The notes under the pieces are model-generated. The model did not search any database and was not told where the DNA came from. It saw only the letters and a program-made list of their open reading frames with translations. This document shows, piece after piece, positions 56,254-64,000 of a DNA stretch of 64,000 nucleotides. The position numbers and the translations under genes are program-made. The stretch covers positions 22,663-86,662 of the forward strand of contig JAZUSD010000102.1 of assembly GCA_045606545.1 (NCBI GenBank). Direction: 5' to 3'. The first letter of the stretch is position 1, and each line of letters begins with the position of its first letter. This DNA is from Acutalibacteraceae bacterium (lineage in GTDB: Bacteria; Bacillota; Clostridia; Oscillospirales; Acutalibacteraceae).

Positions 56254-56823
56254 TTATTTAAATAACTTCCTGTATTCCTTCAACACCACAGGTGCAATAA
56301 TATTATAAATCAAAATATTTCCTCCTGCTTTGATTAAGTTGAATGCAACGCACACACCTAAAAATCCTTTTATAAAGGCATTGAAATCAAGGTTCATAAA
56401 AACAGATGTGAGCCAGATGTTCATAGGAATCATAACAATTACAACAACAATAACACCGCAAATTCCTGAAACAATTGCACCCTTGATACCGCTGATTTTC
56501 TTTTTAACAAAGTAAAGGGTTAAAATCATAAGACCTGATGATAAAAAATGCATTAAAAACCCTATTATACCGCTTGAAGCACTTACTGTGAGAGTTTGCA
56601 CAAGGCACACAACAAAAAGGCTTATAAGGGCATATACAGGCCCTAAAACTGCAGAGCAAACCAATATCGGAACATCAGCAAATTCCATCTCATAAAAAGG
56701 TGCAGATGGGAAAACAGGAAATCTGATTGTTACCATAAGAACAAGTGAAAGTGCCGCAAGAACACCTGCGGTTGTGAGTCTTTGAAGCTTTTGTTTGTTT
56801 GTGTAGTTGGATTTTGATTTCAT
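56254..56823 (-). CDS. ribU: ECF-transporter S component, riboflavin-specific (RibU-like)
   Basis: A protein of about 190 aa with 6 TM helices, directly downstream of an FMN riboswitch. The ATG at 56823 lies 9 nt after GAAAGG. Confidence 0.78.
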   Translation of the reverse strand: MKSKSNYTNKQKLQRLTTAGVLAALSLVLMVTIRFPVFPSAPFYEMEFADVPILVCSAVLGPVYALISLFVVCLVQTLTVSASSGIIGFLMHFLSSGLMILTLYFVKKKISGIKGAIVSGICGVIVVVIVMIPMNIWLTSVFMNLDFNAFIKGFLGVCVAFNLIKAGGNILIYNIIAPVVLKEYRKLFK

Positions 56824-56839
56824 AAAAATCATCCTTTCA

Positions 56840-57025
56840 ATAAAAAATTCGCCCCGAAAGACTCAGGGCGAAAATTAAAGGTTTCATTTAAGATTATGTA
56901 AAAAATCCTCTGAAATCTTCTCTCATCCGGACTATACCGTCGGTTTGGGAATTGCACCCAATCAATCGCTTTGCGACTCGCAGACTTTACTGCCGGTGGG
57001 GACTTCCACCCCGCCCTGAAGTTTC
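56840..57025 (-). promoter_or_regulatory. FMN riboswitch (RFN element) with a terminator expression platform
   Basis: Minus strand 57021..56917 reads CUUCAGGGCGGGGUGGAAGUCCCCACCGGCAGUAAAGUCUGCGAGUCGCAAAGCGAUUGAUUGGGUGCAAUUCCCAAACCGACGGUAUAGUCCGGAUGAGAGAAG. The terminator UUCGCCC-UGAGUCUUUCG-GGGCGAA plus U6 lies at 56876..56843. Confidence 0.9.
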
Positions 57026-57034
57026 GTTTACATT

Positions 57035-57063
57035 ATGATATTCTGTTTTTTGAATAATGTCAA
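57035..57063 (-). promoter_or_regulatory. Promoter of the FMN riboswitch-ribU unit
   Basis: Minus strand reads TTGACA (57063..57058), a 17-nt spacer, then TATCAT (57040..57035). Confidence 0.5.
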
Positions 57064-57100
57064 TATAAAAATAAAAATTATTATAAAATACAGAAAGCTG

Positions 57101-57312
57101 AGTTAGGAGTTAGGAGTTAGGAGTGAGGAGTGAAGGGTGCTGCGCACGGCAATTATATTTATAAAACAAACAATACCTCTATTTTCTGAATTTATTTTAT
57201 TTTAAAACTAAACTTTGAGGAAATAGTAGTGGTTTGCGAAGCTATATAATGTTAGGAAGCGGAGCTTCCCCAACACTCCTAACTCCTAACTCCTAACTCC
57301 TAACTCCTCACT
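57101..57312. repeat. Inverted heptamer arrays (AGTTAGG)n / (AACTCCT)n flanking a 141-bp AT-rich core
   Basis: The left arm, 57101..57132, is AGTTAGG x3, AGTGAGG, AGTG. The right arm, 57274..57312, is CACTCCT, AACTCCT x4, CACT. In the best register 31/32 nt pair. The core contains the palindrome GGAAGC-GG-AGCTTCC. Confidence 0.8.
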
Positions 57313-57324
57313 GTAATAATACTG

Positions 57325-57353
57325 TTGACTTTCACCCTACAATATAATATACT
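57325..57353 (+). promoter_or_regulatory. Sigma-A-type promoter of tyrS
   Basis: TTGACT (57325..57330), a 17-nt spacer, then TATACT (57348..57353). The leader is about 45 nt. Confidence 0.55.
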
Positions 57354-57404
57354 TATATATGTATGAAAATTTTAATTTAATATTTTTACATAGGAGTTTT
57401 TACA

Positions 57405-58628
57405 ATGGGAATTTATGAAGAATTAGTTGCTCGCGGACTTATCGCGCAGGTTACAAATGAAAGCGAAATTCGCGAAATGATAAACGCAGGTAAAGCTAAG
57501 TTCTACATCGGTTTCGATTGCACTGCAGACAGCCTTACCGCAGGTCACTTTATGGCTCTCACCCTTATGAAGCGTTTACAGATGGCAGGTAACAAGCCTA
57601 TTGCTCTTATCGGTGGCGGTACAACTATGATTGGTGACCCATCAGGCAGAAGCGATATGAGAAAAATGCTTACTAAAGAAGATATTGACCACAATGCAGA
57701 ATGCTTCAAACGTCAGATGGAGCGTTTCATCGAGTTCGGTGAAGGCAAGGCTCAGATGGTTAACAATGCTGACTGGCTTCTGGGACTTAATTATGTTGAG
57801 CTTCTCCGTGAGGTTGGTGCTTGCTTCTCAGTTAACAATATGCTTCGTGCAGAATGTTATAAACAGAGAATGGAAAATGGTCTTTCATTCCTTGAATTCA
57901 ACTATATGATTATGCAGAGCTACGACTTCTACTACCTCTTCAAGCACTATGGTTGCAATATGCAGTTCGGTGGTAATGACCAGTGGAGCAATATGCTTGG
58001 CGGTACAGAGCTTATCCGCCGTAAATTAGGCGAAGATGCTCACGCTATGACAATAACTCTTCTTACTGACTCTCAGGGCAAGAAAATGGGCAAAACTGCA
58101 GGTAATGCAGTTTGGCTTGACCCCAACAAAACCTCTCCCTACGAATTCTATCAATATTGGAGAAACGTATCTGACGATGACGTTCTCAAATGTATCAGAA
58201 TGCTTACATTCCTTCCTCTTGAACAGATTGATGAAATGGATAAATGGGAAGGCAGTCAGCTTAACAAAGCAAAAGAAATTCTCGCTTATGAGCTTACAAA
58301 CCTCGTTCATGGTGAAGAGGAAGCAACAAAAGCACAAGATGCTGCAAGAGCAGTTTTCAGCGGTGCAGGTAATGCAGAAAATATGCCCTCAACAGAGCTC
58401 TCTGCAGAAGATTTCTCAGCAGACGGTCTTGGTATTATTGATGCTTTATGCAAAGCAAATCTTTGCCCCTCAAGAGGCGAAGCAAGACGTCTTATTCAGC
58501 AGGGTGGCGTAAGCGTTGATGATGTTAAAGTTACTGACCCAATGTATATCATTCCTCTCGCAGACTTTGATAAGGGTTATGTAATCATCAAAAAAGGCAA
58601 AAAAGTATTCCATAAGATTGTTAAATAA
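57405..58628 (+). CDS. tyrS: Tyrosine--tRNA ligase
   Basis: HIGH region (TADSLTAGHF), KMSKS region (KMGKT) and a C-terminal S4 domain (SRGEARRLIQQGGVSVD). Confidence 0.94.
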   Translation: MGIYEELVARGLIAQVTNESEIREMINAGKAKFYIGFDCTADSLTAGHFMALTLMKRLQMAGNKPIALIGGGTTMIGDPSGRSDMRKMLTKEDIDHNAECFKRQMERFIEFGEGKAQMVNNADWLLGLNYVELLREVGACFSVNNMLRAECYKQRMENGLSFLEFNYMIMQSYDFYYLFKHYGCNMQFGGNDQWSNMLGGTELIRRKLGEDAHAMTITLLTDSQGKKMGKTAGNAVWLDPNKTSPYEFYQYWRNVSDDDVLKCIRMLTFLPLEQIDEMDKWEGSQLNKAKEILAYELTNLVHGEEEATKAQDAARAVFSGAGNAENMPSTELSAEDFSADGLGIIDALCKANLCPSRGEARRLIQQGGVSVDDVKVTDPMYIIPLADFDKGYVIIKKGKKVFHKIVK

Positions 58629-58630
58629 AT

Positions 58631-59170
58631 ATGAGTAAGTTATATAAGGCTTACATTTCTTCCTATCGTATGGACACACCTGACTGGGAAAACTTTCTGA
58701 AATGCGCGGGAGATATTTATAATTCCCCTCAACTGCAACAATTAAGCGGTTTCGAACAGCATTTTAAAATCAACCGTCTTCAGCATATAAGAAGCGTTGC
58801 ATATTTAAGTTTTCTTATTTCAAGGAAATTAGGGCTTGATTACGAAAGCACTGCAAGAGCTGCAACAATGCACGACTTGTTCTATTACGATTGGCGCGAA
58901 GATGATTTAAGCCATAAGCTCCACGGTTACAGACATCCCGGTACTGCATTGAAAAATGCTTATTACCTTTGCGGAACTTTAAACAAAAAAGAAGAAGACA
59001 TCATAAAAAAACATATGTGGCCCTTAACAGTTGTGCCACCAAAGTATCTTGAAAGCTTTGTTGTTACATCGATGGACAAATACTGTGCCACTATTGAAAT
59101 GATTTATTCTTCCTCGGAGAAATACCGTAAAAAGTTCCATAGTCTGACCGGAATAGGCGGTGAAGAATGA
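58631..59170 (+). CDS. HD-domain phosphohydrolase
   Basis: RLQHIRSVAYLS and ATMHDLFYYDW (the H...HD metal site). Confidence 0.72.
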   Translation: MSKLYKAYISSYRMDTPDWENFLKCAGDIYNSPQLQQLSGFEQHFKINRLQHIRSVAYLSFLISRKLGLDYESTARAATMHDLFYYDWREDDLSHKLHGYRHPGTALKNAYYLCGTLNKKEEDIIKKHMWPLTVVPPKYLESFVVTSMDKYCATIEMIYSSSEKYRKKFHSLTGIGGEE

Positions 59171-60018
59171 AAATTTTTGACTATACTGTTTTAGATTACA
59201 TCTTCTATTTCTTCTTTTATAGCTTCATCGGTTGGTTTTTTGAATCCTGCTACTGTTCAATCCGTCCTAAAAAATGGGTAAACAGAGGTTTTTTAAGAGG
59301 TCCTATCTGCCCTATTTACGGCACAGGCGGTCTTGTTATGATGATTTGTCTACTCCCTTTAAGGCATATAACGGAAAACCTTTATGTTAACGAGCTTCTG
59401 ATTTTTATTGCAGGTGCTGTTCTTTGTGATATAGTTGAATTTATGACCAGCTATATTATGGAAAAGCTTTTCAATGCCCGTTGGTGGGATTATTCCAACA
59501 AAAAGTTCAATATTCAAGGCAGAATATGCTTAACCCATACTTTCTACTGGGGTACCTGTTCCTGCCTGTTCGTGTTCATTTTAGAGCCGATTATGAACCT
59601 TTATATTGTAGGTCAGGTAAGCGAAAGCTCAAGAAATATTTTAACATATATTTTCCTTACTGTTTTCGCCTTTGACTTACTCGATACTGTTATTCACGCT
59701 CTCGGTATCCGTGACATATCAAAAAAATTTATGAAACTTTCAGAAGAAATAAGTGAATTTGCTATTCAGGTTTATTCAACAATTGGCGGTAAATCCGAAG
59801 ATGAATCGGAAGCTATGAAAAAAGAACTTAATGAAAATTTCAATGAGCTACGCTCTAAATATGATAAATTTAAAAGAGATGTAAAAAACGTAAAAAGCAA
59901 ATCAAGGGACAGATTGTTTATGGCATTTCCTTTTTTAAAGGACGGAATGGCAAAGCAAGATAAACTCCTTGAAGATTTATTTGCAGATTTAAAAGAAAAA
60001 ATTACAGGTAATAAATAA
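59167..60018 (+). CDS. Membrane protein (putative ABC-transporter type IV / PF06541-like) with a C-terminal coiled-coil tail
   Basis: FFFYSFIGWFFESCYCSI...RGFLRGPICPIYGTGG signature. ATGA overlap with the HD gene. Confidence 0.6.
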   Translation: MKIFDYTVLDYIFYFFFYSFIGWFFESCYCSIRPKKWVNRGFLRGPICPIYGTGGLVMMICLLPLRHITENLYVNELLIFIAGAVLCDIVEFMTSYIMEKLFNARWWDYSNKKFNIQGRICLTHTFYWGTCSCLFVFILEPIMNLYIVGQVSESSRNILTYIFLTVFAFDLLDTVIHALGIRDISKKFMKLSEEISEFAIQVYSTIGGKSEDESEAMKKELNENFNELRSKYDKFKRDVKNVKSKSRDRLFMAFPFLKDGMAKQDKLLEDLFADLKEKITGNK

Positions 60019-60033
60019 AACGGAGGGTTTATT

Positions 60034-61239
60034 ATGAGTTTAAAACACGCTTATTACAGAGGTTACCAGAAAACAATGAAATTTGCTGTTAATTTCCTTG
60101 ACTGGACACCACCAAAGCTTATCAAAGGTGCAGGTTCAGTTAAAGAATTGCCCAAAATTGTTAAAAGCGAAGGCGTTAACAATGTTCTTGTTGTAACCGA
60201 TAAAGGTCTTATGGGTTTAGGTCTTCTTAACCCCTTATTCGAAGCTCTTGAGGCCGAAGGAATTAAATATTCCGTATTTGACAGCGTTCAGCCTAACCCA
60301 ACTATTTATAATGTTGAGGATGCGCTCAAAATGTATAAAGAAAACGGTTGCGAAGGCTTTATAGCTTTCGGTGGCGGTTCTCCCATGGACTGTGCAAAGG
60401 TTACTGCTGCAAGAGTTGTTAAACCAAAACAGTCACCCTCTGATATGAGAGGTGTTCTTAAGGTTCTTAAGAAACTCCCGCCCTTCTTTGCAGTTCCCAC
60501 GACTGCAGGTACAGGCTCCGAATGTACTATTGCGGCAGTTATTTCCAACCCCGATACACACGAAAAGAACTCAATCATGGACCCTGTTCTTCGCCCGAAA
60601 TATGCAATCCTTGACCCTGAGCTTACGGTTGGTCTTCCTCCTCACATCACTTCAACAACAGGTATGGATGCCCTTACACACGCTGTTGAAGCTTATATAG
60701 GTCACAGCAATACAAAGCAGACTGAAAAAGATGCAATAATCGCAACAAAGCTTGTTTTCGAAAATATCGAAAATGCATACAAAGACGGTAAAAATGTTGA
60801 AGCAAGAGAAAATATGCTTGTGGCTTCATTCCATGCAGGCCTTGCTTTCACAAGAGCTTACGTTGGCTACGTACACGCTATTGCGCACAACCTTGGTGGT
60901 ATGTATAACATTCCTCACGGTCTTGCAAATGCAGTTATCCTCCCCTACGTACTTGATTATTTCGGCGAAACTGCATACAAGAGACTTGCAGAGCTTGCAG
61001 ATGTTGCAGGCGTTTCAGGTGCTGCACAAGGTGACCGCGAAAAAGCAAAGAACTTCATCGCTGCAATCAGAAAGCTCAATGAAAATATGGGTATCCCCGA
61101 TAAATTCGAGCAGATTAAGGATGAGGATATTCAGCTTATTGCAGAACGTGCACTTATGGAAGGCAACCCACTCTACCCTGTTCCTAAGATTATGGACTTG
61201 GAGGACTGCAAAGCAATTATCAAGAAATTGCAGAAATAA
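60034..61239 (+). CDS. Iron-containing (group III) alcohol dehydrogenase
   Basis: GGGSPMDCAK, TTAGTGSE, and metal-binding His residues in HAVEAY and HAIAHNLGG. Confidence 0.9.
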   Translation: MSLKHAYYRGYQKTMKFAVNFLDWTPPKLIKGAGSVKELPKIVKSEGVNNVLVVTDKGLMGLGLLNPLFEALEAEGIKYSVFDSVQPNPTIYNVEDALKMYKENGCEGFIAFGGGSPMDCAKVTAARVVKPKQSPSDMRGVLKVLKKLPPFFAVPTTAGTGSECTIAAVISNPDTHEKNSIMDPVLRPKYAILDPELTVGLPPHITSTTGMDALTHAVEAYIGHSNTKQTEKDAIIATKLVFENIENAYKDGKNVEARENMLVASFHAGLAFTRAYVGYVHAIAHNLGGMYNIPHGLANAVILPYVLDYFGETAYKRLAELADVAGVSGAAQGDREKAKNFIAAIRKLNENMGIPDKFEQIKDEDIQLIAERALMEGNPLYPVPKIMDLEDCKAIIKKLQK

Positions 61240-61243
61240 TTAT

Positions 61244-61284
61244 AAAAAAGCTCTACCGAACTATTTTTTCGGTAGAGTTTTTTC
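61244..61284. terminator. Bidirectional terminator
   Basis: An A6 run, the stem CTCTACCGAA / TTCGGTAGAG, then T6. Confidence 0.85.
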
Positions 61285-61286
61285 TT

Positions 61287-61721
61287 TTAAAGATATTTTC
61301 TGATATCAACAGCAAGCTTTTCTTCAAGGTTAATTAGTCTTTTTGCAATATCTTTTGTAACCTCATCGGCAGCGCAATATTCATTAAGATATTTATTAAG
61401 AGATTTAACCCCCATATTGCAACCGTCAGTCATTAAATCTGCAATAGTTTCATCGCTTTCCTTCATAGCAAGCTTCATATTTGTTTTAATCCAACTCATA
61501 CCTTTTGCCATTGGATTTGGGTCTTTCCCATCATCCTGATATTTGTCTAAAAGCTGATTAATCTCTCTGTCAAGCTCAATGTGTTCATTCTTGCAGTTCA
61601 CGAGGTATTCTTTGAGCTTAACGCTTTTAACATCGTCAAGAACATCATCAATTGAAGATATTCCCATTTTAACCCCGGCATCGCATTCGCGAAGAAGTCT
61701 TATTGTATCTTGTTCTATCAT
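61287..61721 (-). CDS. Hypothetical helical-bundle protein
   Basis: 144 aa, predicted all-helical by eye. The ATG at 61721 lies 9 nt after GAAAGG. No family assigned. Confidence 0.55.
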   Translation of the reverse strand: MIEQDTIRLLRECDAGVKMGISSIDDVLDDVKSVKLKEYLVNCKNEHIELDREINQLLDKYQDDGKDPNPMAKGMSWIKTNMKLAMKESDETIADLMTDGCNMGVKSLNKYLNEYCAADEVTKDIAKRLINLEEKLAVDIRKYL

Positions 61722-61765
61722 TAAAATCATCCTTTCAATGATAGTTTAACCAATTTTTCAATAAT

Positions 61766-61798
61766 ATAAAAAACCTATCGCCAAAAAATGCGATAGGT
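61766..61798 (-). terminator. Rho-independent terminator after the ACT-domain gene
   Basis: Minus-strand stem CCTATCGC / GCGATAGG followed by a T-run. Confidence 0.8.
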
Positions 61799-61813
61799 CA
61801 ATTTTATATTGAA

Positions 61814-62248
61814 TTATAATTTTTCAATGTCTTCTTTAGTTATCATATGAATGCCGTTTTCAACAAGTGCATTCTGAGCAGTCTGAACATCTTCAACACG
61901 GAAAATCATATACGCGTGTTTTGTCACTCCGTTGCCCATAAAGGCATACATATAATCAATATTAACACCCATACCTTCAAGAATGGTTAATACCTTGTTA
62001 AGACCACCGGGAACATCAGGAATTTTAACACCTAAAACATCGGTTAAAGAATGAATATACCCTGCATCCTTTAAAACAGTTGTTGCTTTATAAAGGTCTT
62101 TAACAATAATACGAACAATACCGAAATCTCCTGTTTCTGCAAGAGAAAGGGCTCTCATATCAATCTCATTTTCTGCGAGAACGCCTGTCATAGCGCTCAT
62201 TGCACCGGGTTTGTTTTCAACAAAAACAGAAATCTGTTTAATACTCAT
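61814..62248 (-). CDS. ACT-domain protein (PaaK-associated)
   Basis: MSIKQISVFVENKPGAMSAMTGVLAENEIDMRALSLAE, with two ACT repeats. The ATG at 62248 follows GGGGGAAAA. The longer track ORF would overlap paaK. Confidence 0.8.
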   Translation of the reverse strand: MSIKQISVFVENKPGAMSAMTGVLAENEIDMRALSLAETGDFGIVRIIVKDLYKATTVLKDAGYIHSLTDVLGVKIPDVPGGLNKVLTILEGMGVNIDYMYAFMGNGVTKHAYMIFRVEDVQTAQNALVENGIHMITKEDIEKL

Positions 62249-62261
62249 ACAATTTTCCCCC

Positions 62262-63563
62262 TTATATCTTTCTCTTGTCAATAATTCGAACTGCTTTACC
62301 CTCACTGCGAACAATTGATTTTGGTGCAACAAGAGTAACCTTAGCAGAGATACCGAGCATCGAACGAAGACCATCAACAATTTCCTTTTGCCTACGGTCA
62401 ATCTCACCCATATTATCAGTAAACATTTCGGGTGTCATTTCAACGTGAACATCAAGAGTATCGGTATTCTTGACTCTGTCAACAATAATCTGATAGTTAG
62501 CAGAATAGCCCTGATTAAGAAGAACTGTTTCAATCTGTGACGGGAATACATTAACGCCACGGATAATAAGCATATCATCACTTCTGCCCATAGGCTTACA
62601 CATTTTAATAAATGTACGACCGCAGGAGCATTTTTCACGTTTAAGAACGCAAATATCCTTTGTTCTGTAGCGGATAATCGGAAAAGCTTCCTTTGTTATT
62701 GCGGTAAAAACAAGCTCACCCTTTGAACCCTCAGGAAGAACCTCAAGTGTTTCAGGGTCAATAATTTCAGCAATAAAGTGGTCCTCATTAATATGCATAC
62801 CACTCTGAGCTGAGCATTCAAAAGAAACACCGGGTCCCGAAAGTTCTGTAAGACCATAAATATCATAAGCCTTGATGCCGAGAGTTTTCTCAATATCGTG
62901 GCGCATTTCTTCACTCCATGCCTCTGCACCGAAAATACCTGCTTTAAGAGGAATCTGGTCAGGAGTGAGGCCCATTTCTTTCATTGTTTCGCCGAGATAT
63001 GCTGCATAAGAAGGTGTGCAACAAAGAATTGTTGATTTCAAATCCTGCATAAACATTATCTGACGTTCTGTATTACCTGAAGAAATCGGAATAGTAAGAC
63101 AACCAACTTTATGGCTACCACCGTTAAGACCTGCACCACCGGTAAAAAGACCATAACCATAAGCAACATGACAAACATCTTCATTTGTTGCCCCTGCTGC
63201 AACTAATGCACGAGCACAGCAATCATCCCATAAATCAATATCATGCTGGGTATAATAAGCCATAACCCTTTTTCCTGTTGTTCCTGAGGTTGAATGAATT
63301 CTCACACATTCAGACAATGGCTTTGCAAGAAGTCCATAAGGATATCCCTCTCTTAAATCATCCTTAGTAACAAAAGGTAATTTATGTAAATCCTCTGTTC
63401 CTTTTATATCATCAGGAGTAACACCCGCTTTTTCCATTTTTTCACGATAAAGAGGAACATTGTCCCACACATGCTTAACTTGTTTTACGAGACGTTCATC
63501 CTGCCAAGCCTTAAGTTGCTCAGGACTTGCGGTTTCAATCTCAGGTTGATAATAGCGTTCCAT
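62262..63563 (-). CDS. paaK: Phenylacetate--CoA ligase
   Basis: YQPEIETASPEQLKAWQDERL, HSTSGTTGK, YGLTE and RSDDMLIIRGVNVFPSQIE. Confidence 0.9.
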   Translation of the reverse strand: MERYYQPEIETASPEQLKAWQDERLVKQVKHVWDNVPLYREKMEKAGVTPDDIKGTEDLHKLPFVTKDDLREGYPYGLLAKPLSECVRIHSTSGTTGKRVMAYYTQHDIDLWDDCCARALVAAGATNEDVCHVAYGYGLFTGGAGLNGGSHKVGCLTIPISSGNTERQIMFMQDLKSTILCCTPSYAAYLGETMKEMGLTPDQIPLKAGIFGAEAWSEEMRHDIEKTLGIKAYDIYGLTELSGPGVSFECSAQSGMHINEDHFIAEIIDPETLEVLPEGSKGELVFTAITKEAFPIIRYRTKDICVLKREKCSCGRTFIKMCKPMGRSDDMLIIRGVNVFPSQIETVLLNQGYSANYQIIVDRVKNTDTLDVHVEMTPEMFTDNMGEIDRRQKEIVDGLRSMLGISAKVTLVAPKSIVRSEGKAVRIIDKRKI

Positions 63564-63660
63564 AGTAAGCCTCCTTGGGTTAACTATTCATAAATAATGA
63601 ATAAACATACGAATTATTATAAAACCGTAAAAATTCTTTGTCAACAAAAAACTGTTTAAA

Positions 63661-64000
63661 TCAAGATTTTTTCTTTTTTAATTTTTTTGAAATTGCTTGA
63701 ATCGTAACTCTGAGAAGAGATGCAGCAATGATACCGCCACCGATACCAATACCAACTGTCAGAGTTATTAAAAAGTATTCAACCGCCACTTCTCTGTTTT
63801 CTGAAAGGAGATTGCTCATAGCATAATAAAGTGTTCCACCGGGAACAAGGGCGATACAACCGGGCAAAATAAAAACAGTAGATGGTGCTTTGCATATTCT
63901 TGCAAACAAGTCAGCAAAAACAGATGCTACAAAAGCTGCTAAAAGATTAGGCAGAAAATTACCACCAAATAGCTCTGTAAAGGCAAAATAACAAATACAA
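63661..64000 (-). CDS. Threonine/serine exporter family membrane protein (C-terminal part; the 5' end lies beyond the window)
   Basis: The reading frame stays open to the window edge (...NLLAAFVASVFADLFARICKAPSTVFILPGCIALVPGGTLYY...), matching the ThrE/YjjB-like motif. Confidence 0.6.
   Translation of the reverse strand, partial: CICYFAFTELFGGNFLPNLLAAFVASVFADLFARICKAPSTVFILPGCIALVPGGTLYYAMSNLLSENREVAVEYFLITLTVGIGIGGGIIAASLLRVTIQAISKKLKKKKS

Noticed and set aside
57225-57241. Possible T-box consensus (AGTAGTGGTTTGCGAAG) upstream of tyrS
   Set aside because: The match to AAnnnGGGTGGTACCGCG is only partial. I found no Stem I, GA/K-turn motif or UAC specifier loop. The best tyrS promoter lies downstream of it.
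62249-62407. Longer ACT-domain ORF (track 61814..62407) overlapping the 3' end of paaK
   Set aside because: The extension is Leu/Arg-rich nonsense translated from the paaK 3' end. A strong RBS precedes the internal ATG at 62248, where the ACT fold begins.

Overview
AT-rich (judged by eye, not computed) chromosomal segment that looks like a spore-forming member of the Clostridia. That assignment is inferred from gene content: spoIIM-like, cwlD, a spoIVFA/FB-like pair, rex and a 645-aa clostridial-type aconitase. The window holds about 60 protein genes, nearly all housekeeping. In order they are: pyrR (partial) with its attenuator; an acn-icd-rex-unknown operon; a tepA-like gene, uppP, ftsK and rpsB-tsf; a CofE-like gene and a stand-alone GMP synthase ATP-PPase subunit. 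Next comes a loose glycan-utilisation patch (beta-propeller GH, CBM9-like protein, domain-permuted GH3, beta-helix protein, xylB, GH95) interleaved with citrate synthase, a GNAT, a DapA-family aldolase and a PC4-like protein. Then follow an M28 peptidase, an exonuclease, manA, an ABC-F ATPase, an M23/M50 pair, a radical SAM gene with its DUF2344 partner, a four-gene Dlt-like cassette, cwlD, radA and an unknown gene. After these come a Xer-type recombinase, spoIIM-like, yajC-tgt-queA, asd-dapA-dapB, an orphan phage-type gene, acp-proS, an FMN riboswitch with ribU, tyrS, an HD protein, a membrane protein, an Fe-ADH, ACT-paaK and a partial thrE-like gene. I saw no rRNA, tRNA, CRISPR array, transposase or recognisable defence genes, so I cannot point to a clear-cut novel multi-gene system. 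The items most worth a second look are: (1) the non-canonical carrier-protein/MBOAT/DltD-like/adenylase cassette at 36.8-41.5 kb; (2) the 53.1-57.3 kb stretch, which is unusually rich in structured non-coding DNA. That stretch contains three palindromes whose arms are tandem heptamers, a REP-like hairpin doublet with fully compensatory substitutions, and a seven-copy TCGATAT direct/inverted array next to an orphan phage-type gene; (3) a perfect 12-bp inverted repeat abutting a consensus promoter upstream of the Xer-type recombinase, preceded by a small stand-alone hydrophobic-peptide unit. All functional calls rest on motif recognition by eye. No database search was possible.
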